64,000 bases of DNA. Origin: Betaproteobacteria bacterium RIFCSPLOWO2_02_FULL_67_26 (GTDB taxonomy: Bacteria > Pseudomonadota > Gammaproteobacteria > Burkholderiales > SG8-41). Position numbers and translations under genes: made by a program. The stretch's first letter is position 1. Each line of letters begins with the position of its first letter. The notes under the pieces are model-generated. The model was not told the DNA's origin. It saw only the letters and a list, made by a program, of their open reading frames with translations, and ran no database searches. Below are positions 38,635-47,504 of the stretch, in pieces. The stretch spans positions 70,517-134,516 of the forward strand of contig MERD01000069.1 in assembly GCA_001771935.1 (NCBI GenBank), read 5' to 3'.

Positions 38635-41600
38635 TTGGCAGCGGACACCATTCCCGTCACCGCCTCGGGGCTCGCCTTCGGCGACCTGTATCGCCGCGAG
38701 GGATTGCTGGCGCTCGACCGCGAATTCCTCGCGGGGATGGGCCGCGCCGACGAAGCGCTCCGTGAACGGCTGGTGCGCGCCCGCGCGGAGCCGTCGGCGC
38801 TGGCGCCCAAGCAGGAATCCGAACTGCTGCTCGCGCTGGCGCCGCACCTCGAGCGGTTCATCGCCCGCCTGTTCGGCATCGAGGCGGAGGTCCTGGCGCT
38901 TGCCACAAGACATCACGATCTGGCACCGCTGCACGCCGTCAAGCGGCAGTTCGTCCAGCGCAAGGCCATGCACGGCATCAAGCCGCGGGACGCGCAGGGT
39001 ATCGACGGGCCGGCGCTCCGGGTCGAGCTGGAACGGGAGTTCGGCGAGTCTTTCAGCGAGCTCGCCTTCGCGCGTCACGTCACGCGCTGGCAGCAGGACG
39101 AAGCGGGAAACGCGGCGCAACTCGACAAGGCGCTGCGTTACGCAGCGTGGGCCGCTTACTCCAGCGAGGGCAGGAAGCGACATCGGCCGGGCGTGCTGTT
39201 CAAGGCGCCTGCCAAGCTCGATCCCCAGCGCCTCATACCCGTGGTGACCGATGCGTCCGGCGGTTTCAAGAGCCACCGCGTGGACGGCGCGCACCGCCGC
39301 CGTCGCGAGGGTTTCGGGCTGACCGACCCCGGCACCGACCTCGTGGGCGCGCTGGACGAGGCGAATTACTGCATCTGGTGCCACGAGCAAGGCAAGGATT
39401 CCTGCTCGAAGGGCCTGATGGAGAAAGGCGCCGCGGGGCGGGGCGCGGCCGCGTTCCGGAAGAGCCCGTTCGGCGTGACACTGGCGGGTTGTCCGCTCGA
39501 CGAGAAAATCTCCGAATTCCAGCAAGCCAAGGCGGCGGGCAACGCGCTCGGCGCGCTCGCCATCATCGTCGTCGACAACCCGATGGTCGCGGCGACCGGT
39601 CACCGCATCTGCAACGACTGCATGAAATCCTGCATCTACCAGAAGCAGGAGCCGGTCAATATTCCCCAGGCCGAAACGCGCACGTTGAAGGACGTGCTGG
39701 AGCTGCCGTGGGGCTTCGAGATCTATTCGCTGCTCACGCGCTGGAACCCGCTCAACCTGCGGACGCCCTGGCCGCGGCCGGCCACCGGCAAGCGCGTGCT
39801 GATCGCCGGCATGGGCCCGGCGGGAATCGCGCTGGCGCATTACCTGATGAACGACGGGCACACGGTGGCCGGCATCGACGGGCTCAAGATCGAGCCGCTG
39901 CCCGCGGAGCTGTCCGGCGTCACCGCCAGCGGCTCGCGCGTGCCGTTCCGGCCGGTCCGCAACATCAAGGAGGAGCTGTACGAGGCGCTGGACGCCCGCG
40001 TCATGGCGGGATTTGGCGGCGTGGCCGAGTACGGCATCACCGTGCGCTGGGACAAGAACTTCCTCAAGGTGATCCGCCTGCTGCTGGAGCGCAGGGGCGA
40101 GTTCGCCCTGTTCGGGGGCGTGCGCTTCGGCGGCACGTTGACGGCGGATGATGCCTTCGAGCTCGGTTTCGACCACGTCGCCCTTGCCATCGGGGCCGGC
40201 AAGCCGACGGTCCTCGACCTGCCCAACGGCCTCGCGCGCGGGGTGCGCACGGCTTCGGATTTCCTGATGGCCCTCCAGCTGACGGGGGCGGCCAAGACCG
40301 ATTCGCTCGCCAACATGCAGTTGCGGCTGCCCGTGGTCGTGGTGGGCGGCGGCCTGACGGCCATCGACACCGCCACCGAGTCCCTGGCCTACTACCCCCT
40401 GCAGGTCGAGAAATTCCTGAGCCGCTACGAGCGGCTGGCGCGCGAGCACGGCGAGGCCGCCGCGCGGATCGCCTGGACCGAGGAGGAGCGCCTGATCGCC
40501 GACGAGTTCCTCGCCCACGGACGCGCCCTGCGCTCGGAACGCATGCGCGCGGAAGCGGAGGATCGCGAGCCGCGCCTGCTCGAGCTGCTCGATGCGTGGG
40601 GCGGGGTCACCATCGCGTACCGCAAGCGGCTGATCGACAGCCCGTCGTATATGCTGAACCACGAAGAAGTGCAGAAAGCGCTGGAGGAGGGCATCCGCTT
40701 TGCGGAGGGCCTGACGCCGCTCGCCATCGAAGTGGATGCCTGGGGCCACGCGCGCGCGTTGCGCGTCCTGGCGCAGCAACGCGGCGACGGCGGAAAATGG
40801 ACCGGCACGAAACACGTTGAGTTGCCGGCCAGGTCGATACTGATCGCCGCCGGCACCCAGCCGAACACCGTGCTGGCGCGCGAGGATGCGTCGCATTTCG
40901 GGCTCGACGGCCGGTACTTTCAGGCGTGCGACGAATCGGGTCATCCCGCGGCGCCGGAACCGGCGATTTCCAAGCCCGCGGTCCCGCGCGTCCTGTTGTC
41001 GCGCCGCGGCGACGGCCGCTTCATGAGCGCCTTCGGCGACGTCCATCCGTCCTACTTCGGCAACGTGGTGAAAGCGATCGGCAGCGCCAAGCAGGGCTAT
41101 CCGGCCGTGTCGCGCGTGCTGGAGACGGTGGAACCGGCATCGCGCCTGTCCGACGGGGAATTCGCCGCGCGCCTCAACGACGGGCTGCGCGCGACCGTGC
41201 ACGAGGTGGCGCGCCTGACCCCGCTCATCGTGGAAATCGTGGTGCGGGCGCCGTTCGCGGCGCGCCGCTTCCGGCCGGGGCAGTTCTACCGGCTGCAGAA
41301 TTTCGAGACGCTGGCGGCGCTTGCCAATGGCACGCGCCTCACGATGGAAGGCCTCGCGCTGACCGGTGCCTGGGTGGATCCCGGGCGCGGGCTCATCTCG
41401 CTGATCACGCTCGAAATGGGCGGTTCCTCCGACCTGTGCGCGCTGCTCAAGCCCGGCCAACCGGTGGTAGTGATGGGGCCGACCGGCACCCCCACCGAGA
41501 TACCGGCCAATGAGACGGTGGTGCTCGCCGGCGGCGGGCTGGGCAACGCGGTGCTGTTCTCGATCGGCCAGGCCATGCGCCGCGCCGGCAACCGGGTGCT

Positions 41601-42168
41601 GTACTTCGCCGGCTACAAGCACATGATGGACCGCTACAAGGTCGCGGAGATCGAGGCGGCCTCCGACGTCGTGGTGTGGTGCTGTGACGAGGAACCGGGG
41701 TTCACGCCCGACCGCCCGCAGGACAAGACCTTCGTCGGCAACATCGTGCAGGGGATGCACGCCTACGCCAGCGGCGCGCTCGGCGTGCAGCCGATCCCGT
41801 TCAATGCCGCGGACCGGGTCATCGCGATCGGGTCGGACGGGATGATGGCCGCGGTGGCGCACGCGCGGCAGGAGCTGCTCAAGCCCTACCTCAAGCCGGG
41901 GCACCGCGGCATCGGCTCGATCAATTCACCCATGCAATGCATGATGAAGGAGATCTGCGCGCAGTGCCTCCAGCCGCAGGTGGACCCGGGCACCGGTCAC
42001 GTGAGCTACGTGTTCTCCTGCTTCAACCAGGACCAGCCGCTGGAGCGGGTGGACTGGCCGGCGCTCGATGCCCGGCTGCGTCAGAATTCGGTGCAGGAAA
42101 AGCTCACCGCCGGGTGGGTCGACCACTGCCTGGTGGCCACCGGCGACCGCAAGATGCCGCGCGTCTAG
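38635..42168 (+). CDS. Large multidomain Fe-S flavoprotein: unknown N-domain + Cys-rich Fe-S region + GltD/NfnB-like FAD/NAD(P) module + PyrK/NfnA-like FNR module with a C-terminal Cys cluster
   Basis: 1177 codons. Cys motifs CIWCHEQGKDSC...GCP...CNDCMKSC (about 39370-39633). Dinucleotide folds KRVLIAGMGPAGIALAHYL and LPVVVVGGGLTAIDTA. FNR-like RFRPGQFYRL and VVLAGGGLGNAVLF. C-terminal CMMKEICAQC...C. The start is uncertain: TTG at 38635 is the most upstream option and has no obvious SD. Confidence 0.85.
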   Translation: MAADTIPVTASGLAFGDLYRREGLLALDREFLAGMGRADEALRERLVRARAEPSALAPKQESELLLALAPHLERFIARLFGIEAEVLALATRHHDLAPLHAVKRQFVQRKAMHGIKPRDAQGIDGPALRVELEREFGESFSELAFARHVTRWQQDEAGNAAQLDKALRYAAWAAYSSEGRKRHRPGVLFKAPAKLDPQRLIPVVTDASGGFKSHRVDGAHRRRREGFGLTDPGTDLVGALDEANYCIWCHEQGKDSCSKGLMEKGAAGRGAAAFRKSPFGVTLAGCPLDEKISEFQQAKAAGNALGALAIIVVDNPMVAATGHRICNDCMKSCIYQKQEPVNIPQAETRTLKDVLELPWGFEIYSLLTRWNPLNLRTPWPRPATGKRVLIAGMGPAGIALAHYLMNDGHTVAGIDGLKIEPLPAELSGVTASGSRVPFRPVRNIKEELYEALDARVMAGFGGVAEYGITVRWDKNFLKVIRLLLERRGEFALFGGVRFGGTLTADDAFELGFDHVALAIGAGKPTVLDLPNGLARGVRTASDFLMALQLTGAAKTDSLANMQLRLPVVVVGGGLTAIDTATESLAYYPLQVEKFLSRYERLAREHGEAAARIAWTEEERLIADEFLAHGRALRSERMRAEAEDREPRLLELLDAWGGVTIAYRKRLIDSPSYMLNHEEVQKALEEGIRFAEGLTPLAIEVDAWGHARALRVLAQQRGDGGKWTGTKHVELPARSILIAAGTQPNTVLAREDASHFGLDGRYFQACDESGHPAAPEPAISKPAVPRVLLSRRGDGRFMSAFGDVHPSYFGNVVKAIGSAKQGYPAVSRVLETVEPASRLSDGEFAARLNDGLRATVHEVARLTPLIVEIVVRAPFAARRFRPGQFYRLQNFETLAALANGTRLTMEGLALTGAWVDPGRGLISLITLEMGGSSDLCALLKPGQPVVVMGPTGTPTEIPANETVVLAGGGLGNAVLFSIGQAMRRAGNRVLYFAGYKHMMDRYKVAEIEAASDVVVWCCDEEPGFTPDRPQDKTFVGNIVQGMHAYASGALGVQPIPFNAADRVIAIGSDGMMAAVAHARQELLKPYLKPGHRGIGSINSPMQCMMKEICAQCLQPQVDPGTGHVSYVFSCFNQDQPLERVDWPALDARLRQNSVQEKLTAGWVDHCLVATGDRKMPRV

Positions 42169-43502
42169 GCACGGGCCGGCGTTGCTGCCTCGCGCACCGC
42201 CGTGCCCAGCGTTCCGACGAGCTCGTCGATCTGGCCCTTGCTGATGATCAGCGGGGGCGACAGCGCGACGATGTCGCCCGTGACGCGGACCATGACGCCG
42301 CGCTCGTAGCACTTCAGGAATACCGCGTAGCCGCGCGCTCCCGGCTTGCCGGGCAACGGCTCGAGCTCGATCCCCGCCATCAATCCGTAATTCCGCACAT
42401 CGATCACGGGGCCCACGCCCTTCAGAGCGTGCACGGCATCCTCGAAATAGGGCGCGAGTTCCCGCGCGCGCTCGAACAGGGCTTCCTCGTGATAGACCGC
42501 GAGCGTCGCCTCCGCCGCCGCCGTGGCGAGAGGGTGGCCGGAATAGGTGTAGCCGTGGAAGAATTCGATCGAGTCGGGCGGGGCGCTGTTCACGATGGTG
42601 TCGTGGATCTCCCGGCGCACCACGACGCCCGCCAGCGGCACGGTGCCGCTGGTCACGCCTTTCGCGAACGTGATCAGGTCCGGCGCCACGGAAAAGGTCT
42701 GGGCTGCGAACGCGCGGCCGGTCCGGCCGAAACCGGTGATCACCTCGTCGAAGATGAGCAGCAGATCGTGCCGGTCGCAGATCGCCCGCAGCCGCTCGAG
42801 GTAGCCTTGCGGGGGCACCAGCACGCCGGTCGAGCCCGCCACCGGTTCCACGATCACCGCCGCGATGTTGGTCGCGTCGTGCCGGGCGATGATGCGCGTT
42901 TCCAGCTCGTCCGCGAGATGCGCGCCCCATGCGGGCTGCCCGCGGCTGAAGGCGGTGTGCGCGAGGTCATGCGTGTGCGTAAGGTGATCGACGCGCGGCA
43001 GCATGCTGCCGAAGGCCTTGCGGGTGGCGGGTATCCCGCCGACCGAAATGCCGCCAAAGCCAACCCCGTGGTAGCCGCGGTCGCGGCCGACCAGCACGTT
43101 GCGGTGCCCCTCGCCGCGCGCGCGATGGTAGGCGAGGGCGATTTTCAGCGCCGTGTCGACCGCCTCGGAGCCGGAATTACTGAAGAACACGTGATCGAGG
43201 CCCTCCGGCGCGAGCTGCGCGACCAGCGCGGCGGCGCGGAATTCCCCGGGATGCCCCATCTGGAATAGCGGAGAATAGTCGAGGGTTTCCGCCTGGCGCC
43301 GGATCGCCTCGACGATCCGCGGGCGGCAGTGACCGGCATTGACGCACCACAGCCCGGCCGTGCCATCGAGCACCTTGCGGCCGTCTTCCGTGGTGAAATG
43401 CATGTCCCTGGCGGAAACCAGGATGCGCGGCGCCGCCTTGAACTGGCGGTTCGCGGTGAACGGCAGCCATAACGGCTCGAGGGGATAGTCGCGCGGAGGC
43501 AT
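42165..43502 (-). CDS. Class III PLP aminotransferase, omega-amino acid (beta-alanine)--pyruvate transaminase type
   Basis: ATG at 43502 (MPPRDYPLEPLWLPFTANRQFKAAPRILV). GLWCVNAGH, SGSEAVDTALK, LLIFDEVITGFGRTG, FAKGVTSG and HGYTYSGHP motifs resemble Pseudomonas BauA-type enzymes as I recall them. Confidence 0.88.
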   Translation of the reverse strand: MPPRDYPLEPLWLPFTANRQFKAAPRILVSARDMHFTTEDGRKVLDGTAGLWCVNAGHCRPRIVEAIRRQAETLDYSPLFQMGHPGEFRAAALVAQLAPEGLDHVFFSNSGSEAVDTALKIALAYHRARGEGHRNVLVGRDRGYHGVGFGGISVGGIPATRKAFGSMLPRVDHLTHTHDLAHTAFSRGQPAWGAHLADELETRIIARHDATNIAAVIVEPVAGSTGVLVPPQGYLERLRAICDRHDLLLIFDEVITGFGRTGRAFAAQTFSVAPDLITFAKGVTSGTVPLAGVVVRREIHDTIVNSAPPDSIEFFHGYTYSGHPLATAAAEATLAVYHEEALFERARELAPYFEDAVHALKGVGPVIDVRNYGLMAGIELEPLPGKPGARGYAVFLKCYERGVMVRVTGDIVALSPPLIISKGQIDELVGTLGTAVREAATPARA

Positions 43503-43529
43503 GTGCGGGATCGGGCGCAGTAGCGTATT

Positions 43530-43559
43530 TTGCCAGCGCCGCCGGGGTTCAGCCATACT
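43530..43559 (+). promoter_or_regulatory. Candidate sigma-70 promoter TTGCCA-N18-CATACT for the binding-protein/permease fusion gene
   Basis: TTGCCA at 43530-43535 and CATACT at 43554-43559, in the 80-bp divergent intergenic region. The match is weak. Confidence 0.25.
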
Positions 43560-43582
43560 GCGTGAGAATCGGTGGTGCCGCC

Positions 43583-45103
43583 ATGCCGCGCTTCTTCTTC
43601 CCCCTGTTGCTGCTCCCCGCGCTGGGCCTGGCCCAGCCCGAGGTCAACGTGGGCTCCAAGCGCTTCACCGAGTCCTACATCCTGGCCGAGATCGTCACGC
43701 GCACGGTGGAGGCGGCAGGTGAGGCCCGCGCCGTGCACCAGCAGGGGCTGGGCAACACGGCCATCCTGTTCACCGCGCTGAAGAGCGGCGCAATCGACGT
43801 CTATCCGGAGTACACCGGCACCGTTGCCCTGGAGCTACTGGGCCTGAAGAGCGTGCCGGGTCTTGCGGAGCTCAACCGCGAGCTCGCGCGCCACGGGCTC
43901 GCTGCCGGAGTGCCGCTGGGGTTCGGCAACCGCTACGCGCTGGCGATGCTCGAGAGCCGTGCCGGGGCGCTTGGCATCCTACGCATCTCCGATCTGGCTG
44001 GGCATCCGGCGCTGCGGCTGGCGCTGTCCCAGGAATTTCTCCATCGCAGGGACGGCTGGCCGGCCCTGCAGCAGGCCTATCGGCTGTCGTTCGCGGAGGT
44101 CCGCGGCCTCGATCACGGACTCGCCTACGAGGCGCTCGCCGGCGCGCAGATCGACGTCATCGACGTCTACTCGACCGACGCCAAGATCAGCCGCTACCGC
44201 CTGCGGGTCCTGCAGGACGACAGGCGGTTTTTCCCCGCATACGATGCGGTGCTCCTGTACCGCGCGGATTGGCCCGCGCGATACCCGAAGTCATGGCAGG
44301 CATTGCAGGACATCGCCGGGGGGATCAGCACGGAACAGATGATGCGCATGAATGCAGCGGCGGAACTCTCGGCCGAGTCATTTCCGAAAATCGCCGGCGA
44401 CTACCTTGCGGGCCGCTTCGCCAGGGCCGGCGCGGAGCCGCAGCGCGAACGGAGGTCGTTCTTGCCCGCCCTGCTGGGCCCCGATTTCTGGCGGCTGACG
44501 ATGCAACATCTGATGCTGGTATTCGCCTCGCTCGGGCTGGGAATTGCGGCGGGCGTGCCGCTCGGAATATGGGCAAACCGCGCGCCGCGGGCCCGTGCCT
44601 GGATACTGGGCGGGGCCGGCGTGCTGCAGACGATGCCGTCGCTCGCGCTGCTCGCCTTTCTGATCGCGGCGCTCGATCGCATCGGCACGGTGCCGGCCAT
44701 CATCGCGCTGTTCCTGTACTCTCTGCTCCCGATCGTGCGCAATACGGAGACCGGGCTCTCCGGGGTGCCGCGTTCCCTGAAGGACTCGGCGACGGCGCTG
44801 GGGCTCGAGGCGGGGGCGCGGTTGCGCCTGATCGAGCTGCCGCTGGCGGCGCGCACCATTCTCGCCGGCATCAAGACTTCCGCCGTCATCAACGTGGGCA
44901 CCGCCACCATCGCGGCTTTCATCGGGGCGGGCGGCTACGGCGAACGCATCGTCGCCGGGCTCGCGGTCAACGATCATGCCTTGCTGCTCGCGGGGGCGGT
45001 CCCGGCGGCGGTCATGGCGCTCGCGGTCCAATGGGGCTTCGATGCGCTCGATCGCCTGCTGATATCGCCGGGCCTGCGCCAGTCCGGACCGCCTGCCGGC
45101 TGA
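43583..45103 (+). CDS. Glycine betaine/choline-type (OpuC/ProX-like) ABC transporter, fused substrate-binding domain + permease
   Basis: ATG at 43583 with a signal peptide (MPRFFFPLLLLPALGLAQP). N-terminal binding domain (VNVGSKRFTESYILAEI ... IDVYPEYTGT) and a C-terminal six-helix permease with an EAA loop (LKDSATALGLEAGARLRLIELPLA). Confidence 0.85.
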   Translation: MPRFFFPLLLLPALGLAQPEVNVGSKRFTESYILAEIVTRTVEAAGEARAVHQQGLGNTAILFTALKSGAIDVYPEYTGTVALELLGLKSVPGLAELNRELARHGLAAGVPLGFGNRYALAMLESRAGALGILRISDLAGHPALRLALSQEFLHRRDGWPALQQAYRLSFAEVRGLDHGLAYEALAGAQIDVIDVYSTDAKISRYRLRVLQDDRRFFPAYDAVLLYRADWPARYPKSWQALQDIAGGISTEQMMRMNAAAELSAESFPKIAGDYLAGRFARAGAEPQRERRSFLPALLGPDFWRLTMQHLMLVFASLGLGIAAGVPLGIWANRAPRARAWILGGAGVLQTMPSLALLAFLIAALDRIGTVPAIIALFLYSLLPIVRNTETGLSGVPRSLKDSATALGLEAGARLRLIELPLAARTILAGIKTSAVINVGTATIAAFIGAGGYGERIVAGLAVNDHALLLAGAVPAAVMALAVQWGFDALDRLLISPGLRQSGPPAG

Positions 45104-45180
45104 CGCCCCGGCAGCACCGGGCGGCGGACCGCCCGCGCCCGGCCTGGCAGCCTGTGCAGGGGTGGGTCCAGGGGCCATAT

Positions 45181-45207
45181 GAACTAATTTTGGGCGGCCG
45201 TGTCAGT
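45181..45207 (+). promoter_or_regulatory. Candidate sigma-E (AlgU/RpoE)-type autoregulated promoter GAACTA-N16-TCAGT
   Basis: GAACTA at 45181-45186 and TCAGT at 45203-45207, 118 nt upstream of the rpoE ATG. It resembles the GAACTT-N16/17-TCnnA class. Confidence 0.35.
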
Positions 45208-45324
45208 TGCATTAGCGATCGGCTTCCATGTCATCCAGGCGCGCTTCGGGCGGGTATACTTGCCGTTTTGTCCGGTTGGTTCTGCCGCCCGACTCGGATA
45301 ACAAGAAAGTCAGGGACGGGTTAG

Positions 45325-45924
45325 ATGAGCGATCGCGAAGTCGATCAGCAGTTGGTCGAGCGCGCGCAACGCGGCGACAAGAAAGCGTTCGAGTTGCTGG
45401 TCAGCAAGTACCAGCGCAAGCTCGCCCGGCTGCTCTCGCGCTTCATCCGGGACGCGACCGAGGTGGAAGACGTGACGCAGGAGGCCTTCATCAAGGCCTA
45501 CCGGGCGCTGCCGGCGTTCCGCGGCGACAGCGCGTTTTACACATGGTTGTACCGGATCGGGATCAACACCGCCAAGAACTACCTGGTGGCGATGGGGCGG
45601 CGGGCACCGACCACGACGGACATAGACAGCGAGGAGGCGGAAGGCTACGAGACCAGCGACCAGCTGCGCGATCTCAACACGCCGGAGAGCGAGCTGGCGA
45701 GCCGGCAAATCGCGGAAACCGTGAACCAAACCCTGGGTGAGCTGCCTGAAGAGCTGAGGACGGCGATCACGCTGCGGGAGATCGAGGGACTGAGCTACGA
45801 GGACATTGCGAATATAATGAACTGCCCGATTGGCACGGTCCGGTCGCGCATCTTCCGGGCCCGCGAGGCGATTGCGGTGAAATTGAGGCCGATGCTGGGC
45901 ACCCGGAAGGACAGGAGATGGTGA
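45325..45924 (+). CDS. rpoE: ECF RNA polymerase sigma factor RpoE (AlgU)
   Basis: MSDREVDQQLVERAQRGDKKAFELLVSKYQRKL. Region 2 FYTWLYRIGINTAKN and region 4 LSYEDIANIMNCPIGTVRSRIFRAREA. Confidence 0.95.
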   Translation: MSDREVDQQLVERAQRGDKKAFELLVSKYQRKLARLLSRFIRDATEVEDVTQEAFIKAYRALPAFRGDSAFYTWLYRIGINTAKNYLVAMGRRAPTTTDIDSEEAEGYETSDQLRDLNTPESELASRQIAETVNQTLGELPEELRTAITLREIEGLSYEDIANIMNCPIGTVRSRIFRAREAIAVKLRPMLGTRKDRRW

Positions 45925-45925
45925 G

Positions 45926-46453
45926 ATGGACAAGATTTCGGCATTGATGGATGGCGAGCTGGAAGCGCATCAAGCGCGCGAGCAATGGCCGCGCCTGAAA
46001 CAGGACCAGGAGCTGCTCCAGCACTGGGATACTTTTCATCTCATCGGCGATGCACTGCGCGGCGAGCGCGCGTTGTCCGCGAGCTTCAGCGAGCGGCTGG
46101 TCGCGCGGCTCGACGGCGAGCCGACCGTGCTCGCCCCGCGGCGCGCCGCGGCCAGGCGGGTCGCCGCCTACGCGCTGTCGGCAGCCGCCTCCCTGTCGGC
46201 AGTGGCGCTGGTCGGCTGGGTCGCTTTCGTCAACAACCCGCTCGCGCCCCAGGCCGAACTCGCAAAAGCCCCGATCGCCCCGCCTTCCGCAACAATCCCT
46301 TCGACGCAGGCCCAGATCGCCAGCGTTCCGAACGAAGGCAAAATGAACGATTTCCTGCTTGCGCATCAGGCGTTCTCGCCCAGCACGGCGATCCAGGGGC
46401 TCGCCCCGTACATCCGCAGCGTATCGAACACCCGGCAGGACAGGGGACGCTAG
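45926..46453 (+). CDS. rseA: Anti-sigma-E factor RseA/MucA
   Basis: MDKISALMDGELE...WDTFHLIGDALRGE N-terminal anti-sigma domain, followed by a central TM helix. Confidence 0.85.
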   Translation: MDKISALMDGELEAHQAREQWPRLKQDQELLQHWDTFHLIGDALRGERALSASFSERLVARLDGEPTVLAPRRAAARRVAAYALSAAASLSAVALVGWVAFVNNPLAPQAELAKAPIAPPSATIPSTQAQIASVPNEGKMNDFLLAHQAFSPSTAIQGLAPYIRSVSNTRQDRGR

Positions 46454-47451
46454 TGCCGTGTAAGGTGAAGATCGCCTGGCCGATCCTGATCCTCGGGCTC
46501 GCGGCGCCCGTCCTTGCCGCCGACTCCGGCACGCGGCAGGATGGCCTGGACTGGCTCAAGAGGATAGCCGGCGCTTCGCGCCAGCTCAATTACAGCGGCA
46601 CCTTCGTCTACAACCACGCCGGCCGCACCGAGACTTCCCGCATCGTCCATTACGTCAATTCCGCCGGCGGGGAATTCGAGAGGATGGAAACGCTCGACGG
46701 CCCGGCGCGCGAGGTGATCCGCACCAACGACGAGGTCACCTGCTACCTGCCCGATACCAAGACCGTCATCATCGAGAAGCGCGGCAAGCGGCGCTTCCCG
46801 GTCCTGCTGCCCGAGCAGTTGACCGGCGTCGCCGACAATTACGCCGTGAGCCTGGCCGGCATGGACCGGGTCGCCGGGTTCGATTGCCAGGTCATCGTGC
46901 TGGTGCCCAGGGACAAGCTGCGCTACGGTCACCAGTTCTGCGCGGATGTCGGCTCGGGACTGCCGCTGCGCGCGCGCACGTTCAGCGAGAAGAACGAGCC
47001 GCTCGAGTCGTTCGTCTTCACCGAGCTGAAAATCGGCGGCAGCTTCAACCACGACCGGGTCCGGTCGCGTTACGCCGCCGCCGCCAAGAACCGGGATTGG
47101 AAGGTCGATCACTCGCAGTTCTCGATCGCGGAGGTGCCCGCCGAAACCGGCTGGGTGCTGACCCGGCAGCCGGCAGGATTCAAAAAGCTCACCGAGCTCA
47201 AGCGGTCCTTCGCCGGGCGCGCCGCAAAAGTTTCGCACATCGTCTATTCCGACGGGCTCGCCGCGGTGTCGGTGTTCATCGAGCCGATGCCCAAGGGCCG
47301 TCCCGCACAGAGCCTGCAGCACCAGGGGGCCGTCAACATCTTCATGCGCCCGGTCGCGGACCACCTGGTGACGGTGCTCGGCGAGGCGCCCGCGGCCACC
47401 GTCATGCAGATCTCCAATTCGCTCGAATTCAGGGGCGCACCCGGCCGCTGA
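46453..47451 (+). CDS. rseB: Sigma-E regulatory protein RseB/MucB
   Basis: GTG at 46453 overlaps the rseA stop. Signal peptide KIAWPILILGLAAPVLA, and LNYSGTFVYNHAGRTETSRIVHY typical of MucB/RseB. GTG at 46465 is the alternative start. Confidence 0.88.
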   Translation: MPCKVKIAWPILILGLAAPVLAADSGTRQDGLDWLKRIAGASRQLNYSGTFVYNHAGRTETSRIVHYVNSAGGEFERMETLDGPAREVIRTNDEVTCYLPDTKTVIIEKRGKRRFPVLLPEQLTGVADNYAVSLAGMDRVAGFDCQVIVLVPRDKLRYGHQFCADVGSGLPLRARTFSEKNEPLESFVFTELKIGGSFNHDRVRSRYAAAAKNRDWKVDHSQFSIAEVPAETGWVLTRQPAGFKKLTELKRSFAGRAAKVSHIVYSDGLAAVSVFIEPMPKGRPAQSLQHQGAVNIFMRPVADHLVTVLGEAPAATVMQISNSLEFRGAPGR

Positions 47452-47504
47452 TCGCCGCGTTTCGCTGCACCCTTTTCGCCCATCCAGGATTGTTGAGACC
47501 GTTT

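Noticed and set aside
38614-41904. A 1096-aa minus-strand ORF, the longest uninterrupted antisense ORF in the window.
   Set aside because: It lies exactly antisense to the 1177-aa flavoprotein gene. Its translation is Arg/Ala/Gly/His/Pro-rich low complexity with no recognisable motif. The plus-strand frame carries clear Rossmann, Fe-S and FNR motifs. This is a typical shadow ORF in GC-rich DNA, where stop codons are rare.
45255-45260. A TATACT -10-like hexamer upstream of rpoE.
   Set aside because: No acceptable -35 element lies at 16-19 bp. I kept only the sigma-E-type candidate as a feature.
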